47,790 bases of DNA, taken from Algibacter sp. GTDB lineage: Bacteria; Bacteroidota; Bacteroidia; Flavobacteriales; Flavobacteriaceae. The first letter of the stretch is position 1. The number at the start of each line of letters is the position of its first letter. Below, one piece after another: positions 17,635 through 26,559 of this stretch. The stretch is from assembly GCF_049667265.1 (NCBI RefSeq), contig NZ_JBATHX010000164.1, forward strand, positions 1 through 47,790, read 5' to 3'. The notes below the pieces were generated by a model. That model was not told where the DNA came from, made no database searches, and saw nothing but the letters and a program-made list of their open reading frames with translations. Made by a program: the position numbers and the translations under genes.

Positions 17635-19029
17635 ATGAAAACAAAATTACTGCTACTCATTTGTATTTTATCCACATTAAGTGTAGTTTCTCAAATTAAA
17701 CATGGATTACGAGATGATCAAGGTCGCCATGTAATACCAAGAGGCTTTGTTGTAAATACCAATGATCATGCAGGAGAAGTTTTTTTTAATGATGATGATT
17801 ATGCCCGTATGGTCAGAATGGGAGCAAACACCCAAGTTGTTCGATTAGAATTAGGTAAGCTCAGTAATTTTCCAGGAGGACAATTAGAGCCAAATTATCT
17901 TAAAAAATTAGATACTTTAGTAACTCTAGGAAGGAACTCTGGAATTAAAACGGTGTTTAAAATGACCGTTTACGGAGTAGATAAATTTGTATGGGAAGAA
18001 TTTTGGCAAAATAAAAAAGGCGAATACCAAACGTATATCGATGCTTGGAAAGTTATTTGGAATCGATTTTCTGATGACTCATCTGTTTTGGGTTATGATG
18101 TGGTAAATGAACCAAGAAAATTATCCATGGATATCTCTTACAATGCTTTAACCACAAAATATTTAATACCGCTTTATAAAACGATAATTGATGAAAGTCA
18201 AAAAATTAATCCTGACAAAAAAATATTATTTCAGTCGGTTTTTATGAATAAAGGCGAGGGTATTGATAATAATCAGTACGCAGAAATAACAGCGCCAATT
18301 AATAGAAAGAATATCATTTTTGCACCTCATATATATCAAAGTAAAAAGGATTTAGTAAAACCAGTAATGGATCGTTTCGATAAAGAATCTGAAATGCTCA
18401 ATGCACCAATTCTTATTGGCGAATGGGGTTTTCCAACATTTGCAAAAACCGATACAATAATTTCTGGTAAGCTCGGGCAATTAGAATATAGAGAGTTATA
18501 TATTAAAACAGCAGAGGTTTTTGACCGCATGGGAGTAGGCTCCATCAAAGCTTGGTTTTTAGGAAATAGAACCATGCAAAATTTCCTTTCTGGAGGCCCA
18601 TCAACTTGGTCTATATTTAGTGATAAAACAGATGCAGGAACAGTTGAACGTAAATACATCACAGATGTGATATCCAGACCTTTTCCACAAACTATAGCAG
18701 GAGATATTCAATCGTTTATGTTTAATTTTGCTACGAGAACTCTAAACCTTAATATTATTTCAGATAATAGTAAAGGTGCTTCAACACTATTTATTGGAGC
18801 AAACCGCCATTATCCAGATGGTTTCTCCATTTTAATTGGTGACAATATTGTAATGTATCACAATCCATTAAAAAAAGTTAGGTTAGAAACCTATAAGGCA
18901 CCTAAAGATTTCAATTCATCAGATTTTATTTGGGATGCTTACACTCAAAAATTAACCATTTTAAAATGGCCCAAGGATAAGAGCAATTTAAATATTAAAA
19001 TTGTTCCAGGATTACACAATTTCAACTAA
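17635..19029 (+). CDS. GH5 family glycoside hydrolase, endoglycoceramidase-like
   Basis: LRDDQGRHVIPRGF, acid/base YDVVNEP, FAPHIY, nucleophile ILIGEWG, and SRPFPQTIAG leading into a C-terminal beta-sandwich. Signal peptide. Confidence 0.85.
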   Translation: MKTKLLLLICILSTLSVVSQIKHGLRDDQGRHVIPRGFVVNTNDHAGEVFFNDDDYARMVRMGANTQVVRLELGKLSNFPGGQLEPNYLKKLDTLVTLGRNSGIKTVFKMTVYGVDKFVWEEFWQNKKGEYQTYIDAWKVIWNRFSDDSSVLGYDVVNEPRKLSMDISYNALTTKYLIPLYKTIIDESQKINPDKKILFQSVFMNKGEGIDNNQYAEITAPINRKNIIFAPHIYQSKKDLVKPVMDRFDKESEMLNAPILIGEWGFPTFAKTDTIISGKLGQLEYRELYIKTAEVFDRMGVGSIKAWFLGNRTMQNFLSGGPSTWSIFSDKTDAGTVERKYITDVISRPFPQTIAGDIQSFMFNFATRTLNLNIISDNSKGASTLFIGANRHYPDGFSILIGDNIVMYHNPLKKVRLETYKAPKDFNSSDFIWDAYTQKLTILKWPKDKSNLNIKIVPGLHNFN

Positions 19030-19059
19030 TTAAATCAATATCTCATAAAATCTACATTA

Positions 19060-21231
19060 ATGAAAAAAACAATTTTAACGTGTTTCGTTGCAGTCTTATT
19101 ATTTAGCTGTAATTCAAAAAATGGCAATCAAGAAGTAAGTCAAGAAGACGCAGAAATTGCTCAAAAAGTAGAGCGGCTTATAAGCGAAATGACGCTAGAT
19201 GAAAAAATAGCTGAAATGACGCAAGATGCACCTGCCAATGATCGTTTGGGTATTCCATATATGAAGTATGGAGAAGCACTACATGGCTTATGGCTTGTTT
19301 TGGATTATTATGGTAATACAACAGTTTATCCTCAAGCTATTGCTGCAGCTTCTACTTGGCAACCTGAGTTAGTCAAAAAGATGGCCTCTCAAACAGCTCT
19401 AGAAGCACGTGCTTTAGGCGTTACGCATTGTTATTCACCTAATTTAGATGTGATTTCTGGTGATCCAAGATACGGTAGAGTAGAAGAGTCTTATGGTGAA
19501 GATCCTTATTTGGTATCTAGAATGGGTGTTGCATTTATCGAAGGTTTACAAGGTACTGGAGACGAGCGATTTGATGAGAATCATGTTATTGCAACGGCTA
19601 AGCATTTTATAGGTTATCCAGAAAACAGACGTGGTATCAATGGTGGATTTAGCGATATGTCTGAACGTCGTTTACGAGAGGTTTATTTGCCACCCTTTGA
19701 GGCTGCTGTAAAGGAAGCAAAGGTAGGTTCTATTATGCCAGGGCATCAAGATTATAATGGAGTTCCAAACCATATGAATACCTGGTTACTAAAGGATATT
19801 TTAAGGGATGAATTAGGTTTTGATGGGTTTATTGTTTCTGATAATAATGATATTGCGCGTTTAGGAACCATGCATTTTATTGCTGAAACCAGAACTAAGT
19901 CAGCTATTTTAGGGTTAAAAGCCGGTGTTGATATGGATTTAGTGATTGGAAAGAATGAGGAGCTAGCAGCATATAATACCAAAGTGTTGAAAGATACAAT
20001 AACACAGAATCCTGAATTGGTAAAGTATATAGACAAAGCAACATCTCGTATTTTAACTGCAAAATATAAATTGGGTTTATTTGATAATGAACCAAAAGAG
20101 ATTGACACAGAAACTGTAGATGCGGGTAAAAAAGAACATCAAGAGTTTGCTTATGAAATGGCAAAAAAAGCCATCATTTTATTAAAGAATGATAACAATG
20201 TATTGCCTTTAGACCTATCTAAAATAAAATCGTTAGCAGTAATTGGTCCAAATGCTCACGAAGAAAGACCTACAAAAGGAACCTATTCCTTATTAGGAGG
20301 CTATTCTGGTTTGCCACCTTTTTATGTTTCTGCATTAGATGGCATAAAATCTAAAGTAGGAGATAAGGTAAAAATCAATTATGCAAAAGGTTGTGACTTA
20401 TTAAGCAATTCTAAAGCAGGGTTTCCAAAAGCAATTGAAGCTGCAAAAAAATCTGATGCAGTTATTTTGGTAATTGGTGGTTCTAGAAAAACTGGAGGCG
20501 AAGGTGTAGATAGAGCTGACTTAGATTTATATGGTGTGCAAAAAGAATTGGTAAAAGCAATTCATAAAACAGGTAAACCTGTTGTTGCAGTATTAATTAA
20601 TGGTAGACCATTATCAATTAATTATGTTGCAGAAAATATCCCATCAATTTTAGAAACCTGGTATTTAGGAATGCGTTCAGGTGATGCTATTGCAGATGCT
20701 ATTTTTGGTGATGTGAATCCAGGTGGTAAGCTTACTGTTTCTTTTCCAAGATCTGTAGGGCAGGTTCCTGTAACGTATTTAGAGCGTCCAGATTTTATAG
20801 GTTCGGGTAAAGGCTTATTTAAAGATGCAGATAAATCTCCATTATTTCCATTTGGTTATGGTTTAAGCTATACAACTTTTAAATACGGAACACCAAAACT
20901 AGACAACGCTACTATTAATGCTGATGGTTCTACTTCAGTTTCGGTTGAAGTTACTAATACAGGAGAAAGAGCAGGCGATGAGGTTGTTCAAATGTATGTT
21001 CGAGACGATTTTGCATCCGTTGGACGTTACTTAAAATTACTAAAAGGATTTGAACGAATTACTTTAAATCCAGGAGAAACAAAAACAGTTAGTTTTAATT
21101 TAGGTTTTGATGAATTAAATGTACTAAATCAAGACATGAAAAAAGTGGTAGAACCTGGTACGTTTACAATTTCTGTAGGTAGCTCTTCTTTAGAAAAAGA
21201 TTTGCAAAAAGTAATACTTAATGTGAAATAG
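19060..21231 (+). CDS. GH3 family beta-glycosidase (beta-xylosidase/glucosidase), lipoprotein
   Basis: MTLDEKI, DPRYGRVEESYGEDP, AKHF, GFIVSD, PLFPFGYGLSYT, Fn3-like EVVQMYV. Lipobox LFSC. Confidence 0.95.
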   Translation: MKKTILTCFVAVLLFSCNSKNGNQEVSQEDAEIAQKVERLISEMTLDEKIAEMTQDAPANDRLGIPYMKYGEALHGLWLVLDYYGNTTVYPQAIAAASTWQPELVKKMASQTALEARALGVTHCYSPNLDVISGDPRYGRVEESYGEDPYLVSRMGVAFIEGLQGTGDERFDENHVIATAKHFIGYPENRRGINGGFSDMSERRLREVYLPPFEAAVKEAKVGSIMPGHQDYNGVPNHMNTWLLKDILRDELGFDGFIVSDNNDIARLGTMHFIAETRTKSAILGLKAGVDMDLVIGKNEELAAYNTKVLKDTITQNPELVKYIDKATSRILTAKYKLGLFDNEPKEIDTETVDAGKKEHQEFAYEMAKKAIILLKNDNNVLPLDLSKIKSLAVIGPNAHEERPTKGTYSLLGGYSGLPPFYVSALDGIKSKVGDKVKINYAKGCDLLSNSKAGFPKAIEAAKKSDAVILVIGGSRKTGGEGVDRADLDLYGVQKELVKAIHKTGKPVVAVLINGRPLSINYVAENIPSILETWYLGMRSGDAIADAIFGDVNPGGKLTVSFPRSVGQVPVTYLERPDFIGSGKGLFKDADKSPLFPFGYGLSYTTFKYGTPKLDNATINADGSTSVSVEVTNTGERAGDEVVQMYVRDDFASVGRYLKLLKGFERITLNPGETKTVSFNLGFDELNVLNQDMKKVVEPGTFTISVGSSSLEKDLQKVILNVK

Positions 21232-21427
21232 GATTTTAAAATGTATTAAGGATAATGCAATATTTAAAAGGAGGAGTTTTATTTTTTTTTTTTTTTAGAC
21301 GGTGAAATTCCATGAAATTAGCATAAAACGAGTTGAAAAACTACTTGGCTTTTATTAAAAAAGTCTTAATAAATAGATTTTAAAAACCTGTAAAGCCTAT
21401 ATATAATAAGTACTTATAGGGCCCAAG

Positions 21428-21472
21428 CAGGTAAGTGCAGGATACAGAAGTCAAGTATTCTTTTTAATTTTA
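21428..21472 (+). promoter_or_regulatory. PUL regulon promoter
   Basis: CAGGTAAG-tg-CAGGATAC (21438-21445)-N19-TAATTTTA. Confidence 0.75.
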
Positions 21473-21523
21473 TAACATTATTAATCCAGTTAGTTTATTA
21501 CTAACACACTAAAACTAAAACTT

Positions 21524-22390
21524 ATGAAAAAAATTACATTAAAAATTACAGCATTTTTATTATTAACCATGTTTGCGCTTCAAATACAGGGGCAAGCATT
21601 ATATACTGTGCCTGGTAAATATAAAATTTCAACATCAGGTCTAACTCCGAATCTTTACGTTACAGTTAACACTTCTACAGGAGCTGTAGAATGGGCCGAA
21701 GAATTATCAGGTGATAGTGAACTACAACTTTGGACTATAAATGAGCATAGAACCCCAGCTTCTGCGGGATTGGTGGAAATTACAGGAAACATTACTGGTT
21801 TAGGAACCATTACCTTATGTACAGGTGACGACTCAGCGCATCCTAATCAATCGCTTATTGCTAGACCAGGGGATCCAGTAAGTGTAACACCTCTTGCAGA
21901 TGATTATACGGGTCTTGACCAGTTTCAAAGAAGAAAAACTACTGTTGGTGCAGATGGACTTGCACTTTCAGCAGCTGAGGGAGGGTCTAACCCAGCAGGT
22001 GGAAATAATGCATTGTTTCTAAGAAATACACTTGGTACTAATTCAAGATATGGGGTAATTCCATCTGCAGCAGGTGAAGCTGTCCAGTTTGATGGTGGAG
22101 GAATTGACGTGATTCAATTCCATTTAGTAGAAGCATTAAGTACTGCAGATTTTGATACTAGCTCAATATTTATTTCTAACCCAGTTAATGAGGTATTAAG
22201 TATTAAAGGGCTTACTGATAATGTAAAACAAGTTTCTGTTTACTCGTTATTAGGAAGTGAGGTATTAACTAAAAAGTTATCTAGCAAATCTGATATTAGT
22301 TTAGATGTTAGCGGATTATCTGCTGGTATGTATATTGTTAAATTGCAAGGTGACAGCGGAAGCTTTTCAAAGAAAATTATTAAACAGTAA
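21524..22390 (+). CDS. Small T9SS-secreted protein with an unknown (possibly beta-trefoil lectin-like) domain
   Basis: Signal peptide. CTD ISNPVNE...VYSLLG...LSAGMYIVKL...FSKKIIKQ. About 180-aa N-terminal domain with GKYKI and QLW. Confidence 0.85.
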   Translation: MKKITLKITAFLLLTMFALQIQGQALYTVPGKYKISTSGLTPNLYVTVNTSTGAVEWAEELSGDSELQLWTINEHRTPASAGLVEITGNITGLGTITLCTGDDSAHPNQSLIARPGDPVSVTPLADDYTGLDQFQRRKTTVGADGLALSAAEGGSNPAGGNNALFLRNTLGTNSRYGVIPSAAGEAVQFDGGGIDVIQFHLVEALSTADFDTSSIFISNPVNEVLSIKGLTDNVKQVSVYSLLGSEVLTKKLSSKSDISLDVSGLSAGMYIVKLQGDSGSFSKKIIKQ

Positions 22391-22416
22391 GTTTAATAAA
22401 ATAAAGTGTTAAATAT

Positions 22417-22455
22417 AAAATCATTCTATCTTAAAAAGATAGAATGATTTTTTTT
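22417..22455 (+). terminator. Intrinsic terminator
   Basis: AAAATCATTCTATCTT-aaa-AAGATAGAATGATTTT followed by a T-tract. Confidence 0.85.
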
Positions 22456-22507
22456 GTCTAAATTATAAAAACACATATTCAAGTAAAAAAATAAAGTATC
22501 TAATAAT

Positions 22508-22822
22508 ATGGAAAGATTAGCCTTTAAAATGAAACTAAACAAAGGTCAAAAAGGGGCCTATAAAAAGCGCCATGATCAATTATGGCCAGAATTAAAGAAA
22601 TTACTAAAAGATAATGGAGTAAGTGAATACTCCATTTTTTTGGATGAAGAAACCTATACGCTTTTTGCATTCCAGAAAGTATCAGGAGCAGGAGGTTCTC
22701 AAGATTTAGCAAATAACCCAATTGTAAAAAAATGGTGGGATTTTATGGCAGATATTATGGAGGTTAATCCAGATAATTCGCCAGTTTCAATTCCTTTGGA
22801 GGAACTGTTTTATCTTGAGTAA
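22508..22822 (+). CDS. rhaM: L-rhamnose mutarotase
   Basis: RLAFKMKL..YKKRHDQLWPEL..YSIFLDE..KKWWDFMADIM..NPDNSPVS..LEELFYL; 104 aa. Confidence 0.96.
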   Translation: MERLAFKMKLNKGQKGAYKKRHDQLWPELKKLLKDNGVSEYSIFLDEETYTLFAFQKVSGAGGSQDLANNPIVKKWWDFMADIMEVNPDNSPVSIPLEELFYLE

Positions 22823-22843
22823 TTAATCTCAAGTTCTTATTTG

Positions 22844-22888
22844 CAGTATAGCTCAGGATACTTTATTTATATATTAATAATAAATTTA
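22844..22888 (+). promoter_or_regulatory. PUL regulon promoter for the PL24 lyase
   Basis: CAGTATAG-ct-CAGGATAC (22854-22861)-N19-TAAATTTA. Confidence 0.75.
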
Positions 22889-22922
22889 CCGAATAACCCT
22901 TTTTAGGATAATATAAAAAAAT

Positions 22923-25394
22923 ATGAAAAGAAGGTACTCTCTAAAAAAGAGCTTAGTTAGCTATGTTTTTATAGCTTTAGGCTTGATGTTTTCAGTAACC
23001 TTAAATGCTCAGGTTATTCTTGAAAATGAAGTAAAGATAACCGATCTTGGTTTGCATTTTGATGGAAATAAGGTGGGTAGTACTGCTACAAATACAGGAG
23101 ATACAGCACCCTATGACTATTTTTTTGGAAAAAATATATCTGCACACGGCGATTGCATAAAAACCTACGGTAATTATGTGTTTATGACCTGGTACCGAGG
23201 AGGAAAAGCAGACAGGCATGTAATGTTAACGCGTTACAATACTTTAACTGGTGCTATGGCAACCATAGAGTTTCCTCATAGGCATACGGGTTATCAAAAT
23301 AAATATTGGATTGGAGAGTCGCACAACACAATAGCCGTAGCTATAAGCCCAATAGATGGAACGATTCATATGCTGTATGATATGCATGCATATAGTCGCA
23401 CCAGACCATCTGATGGAAGTTTAAGTGATGACTATTTCCGTTATTCATATTCCCTAAAAAATACAGCTTCCTTGCCAGATGCAGAATTTACCTTAGATAA
23501 ATTTGTACAAAACAGCTCAGGTGGTTACAAGCATTTAAGTTTAAATGGAGGCGAAGATTATTCTAATTTTGCTGCATTAACCTATCCACAGTTTTTTTTA
23601 AACGATTTAGGCGACATTTTTATGTACATGCGTGAGGGTGGAAATAATAATGGAGCGTACAAGTTTTCAAAGTACAACGCCAATACTTCAACATGGTCTA
23701 GTTTTACACATTTTAATGTTTTAAACGCAAAAAGCCAACCAGGAATCAGTTATAATTGGGGTTTGTATGGCAACATGAAATATGTAAACGGAAAAATCAG
23801 GATAGGGTTTCAACGAAGGTTGGCAAATAATAGTGATAAATACCAATATCAAAATGGTGTTTATTATGCCTATTCTGATAATCAAGATGGATCAGATGGT
23901 TGGAAAAATCATTCAGGAGCATCTTTTTCTGTACCTCTTTATGATGCCGATTTTATAAAAGTAATGGAGCCTGGCGATTATGTACAGACTACCCAAGAAG
24001 ACAAAGTATATATAGTTGGAGATTTTGATTGGACGGTAACAGATAACGGAGATGTGCATATTATTAGTAAGGTGAAGGATAACGAAAATAATGTTACCAA
24101 GTATTTACATACCTATAAACCAGCTGGTGCAACCGATTTTATAACGTCTGAAGATTTTGCAGGAGGAACTTCAATTTACACCTCGGGCGATAGCGTTTTT
24201 ATTATTGGTTTGAAGAATAATAGGGTGTTTATTCAAAAAGCTGAAGGAGGAACAAATGCTTTTACAACGGTTTACGAAGCCACGACAGGAAGAACTTTCG
24301 ATCATGGTAGAGTACATATTAACAATGGTAAGGTTTATTATTATTTAATGGAGAATAAATCTGGAAATGCACAACCATTATACCTTCAAATTATCAATTT
24401 AGATATTGTCCAAGAGCCTTTTAGAGTATCAGTAACATCTCCATTTGATGGCGCAACCTATTATGTAAATGATACGGTACATATTTCTGCTAATGCCGTT
24501 GATGAAAATAGTAGTATCTCAAAAGTAGAATTTAGAGTTAATGGGGTATTTTATGATGAAGACGATACCGCTCCATATACTATTGATTGGTTGGCTAATG
24601 CAATTGGTGTTTATACCATTCAAGCAATTGCATACAATGCCAGTAATGAGACAGTATCTTCTAATGAAATCTCGGTTAATATTGAAACTTTTAATCATAA
24701 CGATTTAACAGGGCAGGTTTACCGATTAAAAAATATGGAAACTCAAAAATATTTAAAATCATCTGGTTCAAACGTAGTTGAGAGCGATTATGTTGAAGGA
24801 GATGATGCCTTAAATTGGACTTTTGTAAAAACAACAGTTAGCGGTACTGAATATTATAATATTGATAGTGAGGTTAATGGCGTTTTAAGAGGTGCTGGCT
24901 CTGGAGCAGGTAATGCCATAATAAGTACCAATAGAACCTCTCCAAATACAGATGTTGATAAAGTTTGGACGGCCAATTACTTAGAAGCTGAAAAAGCCTA
25001 TAGGTTTGCAGTTAAAGATGGTAATAACTATTTATATCATGAAGGTGTAGATGAATATTTAAATAAAACTGCCAATATTACTGATGCCAGAAGTAAATGG
25101 AAAGTGGAGTTGGCAAATAATGCCCCCCTAAGTATAGAGCACAATAATTCTGCAAGTAATTCTATAAAGGTATTTCCTAATCCCGCAAATGGTAATTTCA
25201 CTATTCTGTTGGATGGTAATCAAAAAGTTGATGTTGTTATTTATGATATGTTAGGAAAACCTGTTTATTTGAATTCTACAAATGGAAGTAGTATGAAAGT
25301 AGAAAATGATGGTAGATTTACATCAGGTATTTACCTCATAAAGGTAACAAATGATAATCAAAAAGTGTATCACACTAAGCTGGTGATCAAGTAA
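22923..25394 (+). CDS. PL24 ulvan lyase + Ig-like domain + beta-trefoil (ulvan-binding-module-like) domain + T9SS CTD
   Basis: YDYFFGKNISAHGD, FPHRHTG, GESHNT, YDMHAY, ALTYP, YMREGGNNNGAY, NWGLYG, QNGVYYAYSD and FDHG closely match the Alteromonas LOR_107 PL24 sequence as I recall it. Followed by an Ig-like domain (DDTAPYTIDW), a trefoil, and a KVFPNP CTD. Confidence 0.9.
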   Translation: MKRRYSLKKSLVSYVFIALGLMFSVTLNAQVILENEVKITDLGLHFDGNKVGSTATNTGDTAPYDYFFGKNISAHGDCIKTYGNYVFMTWYRGGKADRHVMLTRYNTLTGAMATIEFPHRHTGYQNKYWIGESHNTIAVAISPIDGTIHMLYDMHAYSRTRPSDGSLSDDYFRYSYSLKNTASLPDAEFTLDKFVQNSSGGYKHLSLNGGEDYSNFAALTYPQFFLNDLGDIFMYMREGGNNNGAYKFSKYNANTSTWSSFTHFNVLNAKSQPGISYNWGLYGNMKYVNGKIRIGFQRRLANNSDKYQYQNGVYYAYSDNQDGSDGWKNHSGASFSVPLYDADFIKVMEPGDYVQTTQEDKVYIVGDFDWTVTDNGDVHIISKVKDNENNVTKYLHTYKPAGATDFITSEDFAGGTSIYTSGDSVFIIGLKNNRVFIQKAEGGTNAFTTVYEATTGRTFDHGRVHINNGKVYYYLMENKSGNAQPLYLQIINLDIVQEPFRVSVTSPFDGATYYVNDTVHISANAVDENSSISKVEFRVNGVFYDEDDTAPYTIDWLANAIGVYTIQAIAYNASNETVSSNEISVNIETFNHNDLTGQVYRLKNMETQKYLKSSGSNVVESDYVEGDDALNWTFVKTTVSGTEYYNIDSEVNGVLRGAGSGAGNAIISTNRTSPNTDVDKVWTANYLEAEKAYRFAVKDGNNYLYHEGVDEYLNKTANITDARSKWKVELANNAPLSIEHNNSASNSIKVFPNPANGNFTILLDGNQKVDVVIYDMLGKPVYLNSTNGSSMKVENDGRFTSGIYLIKVTNDNQKVYHTKLVIK

Positions 25395-25421
25395 ATTTTT
25401 AGATTATAATAGAATAGAATG

Positions 25422-25456
25422 AACCAGAGAAGTATAAACTTTTCTGGTTTTTTTTT
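25422..25456 (+). terminator. Intrinsic terminator between convergent units
   Basis: AACCAGAGAAGT-ataa-ACTTTTCTGGTT followed by a T-tract. Confidence 0.8.
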
Positions 25457-25530
25457 AATAATAATCACTTCGGAATATAAGCTTTAGCAGCAGTATCGAG
25501 CGAATGAATCATTTTTGTGTTGATGTAATT

Positions 25531-26559
25531 CTACAAATAAATTGGCAAATTATTTTCTGCCGATTTATAAACGGCTTCTTGGGCTTGTAATGTTTTCAAA
25601 TAATTTTCACCACTCGTTTCAAAGGATGCACCAGACAACAATTTATCAATAAAATCTCTTTGAAAAATGTAACAGCAATCTCCAGCAAATCCAATATCGT
25701 TATGAATGTAGTTGTGATTTTTTTCAACTTCACCTAATTTTTGAACTGTTATGTTTCCGTCAGAATATAATCGAATAGAACCCTTAGAGCCATCTATTAA
25801 ATATTCGCCAAAGGTATAGCGTTGTTTTTTAAAATTATTCTCATTATATCGATTGGCATCCCAGACAGCATGCGAATTATTTTCAAAATTAAGAATCATA
25901 TGCCCTGAATCTTCTCCTTTTATTACAGGGTTTAATCGTTTTAGTAAGGCATAAACGCTTTCTATTTCACCAGCGTGGTAACGAAAAGTATCAATAAAAT
26001 GAACTCCAGTTTCATAAATAAGTAATTTTTTATAATCCCTAAAATAGGGTTGCCTAGACAGGTAAGCATCCTCTCCCCAACCATCTCCCATTCTCGATCT
26101 AAAATAAAGGCTGAACAAGTCGCCTATCTCATCATTATTGATGATTTTTTTAATTTCTCTATGCCAAGGTTGAAACCTGAAATTTTCATGAACCACAAAA
26201 CGCACATTTTTGCTTGATACATAATCTACAATCTTTTTCGATTCTTCATAAGTCGGTGCTAGTGGCTTCTGGCAAATAATATGAACCCCATTGTCTGCAG
26301 CAAACTTGCACATTTCAAAATGTGTTTCTGGTGGCGTGATAATATCGACAAAATCTGGTTTTTCTTTAAGAATCATTTCCTTATAATCTGTGTAATGATT
26401 TTTTACACCATAAGGTTCCATAATATTTTTTGCGCGTTCTTTGTTTGAATTACATAAGGCTGTAATTTCTACTTCTGGAATGCGCGTCCAAGCTTCGTAT
26501 TGAAACTTACTAAAATAACCTGCACCTATAGCTACGCCTTTTAATTTAGTTTTCATCAA
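25531..26559 (-). CDS. Gfo/Idh/MocA oxidoreductase, D-apiose dehydrogenase (ApsD)-like
   Basis: GAGYFS Rossmann motif, DFVDIITPP, CQKP (instead of the usual EKP), VHENFRFQP, RQPY, GVHFID and LNPVIKGED. This motif set is the one I recall for ApsD. Confidence 0.88.
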   Translation of the reverse strand: MMKTKLKGVAIGAGYFSKFQYEAWTRIPEVEITALCNSNKERAKNIMEPYGVKNHYTDYKEMILKEKPDFVDIITPPETHFEMCKFAADNGVHIICQKPLAPTYEESKKIVDYVSSKNVRFVVHENFRFQPWHREIKKIINNDEIGDLFSLYFRSRMGDGWGEDAYLSRQPYFRDYKKLLIYETGVHFIDTFRYHAGEIESVYALLKRLNPVIKGEDSGHMILNFENNSHAVWDANRYNENNFKKQRYTFGEYLIDGSKGSIRLYSDGNITVQKLGEVEKNHNYIHNDIGFAGDCCYIFQRDFIDKLLSGASFETSGENYLKTLQAQEAVYKSAENNLPIYL

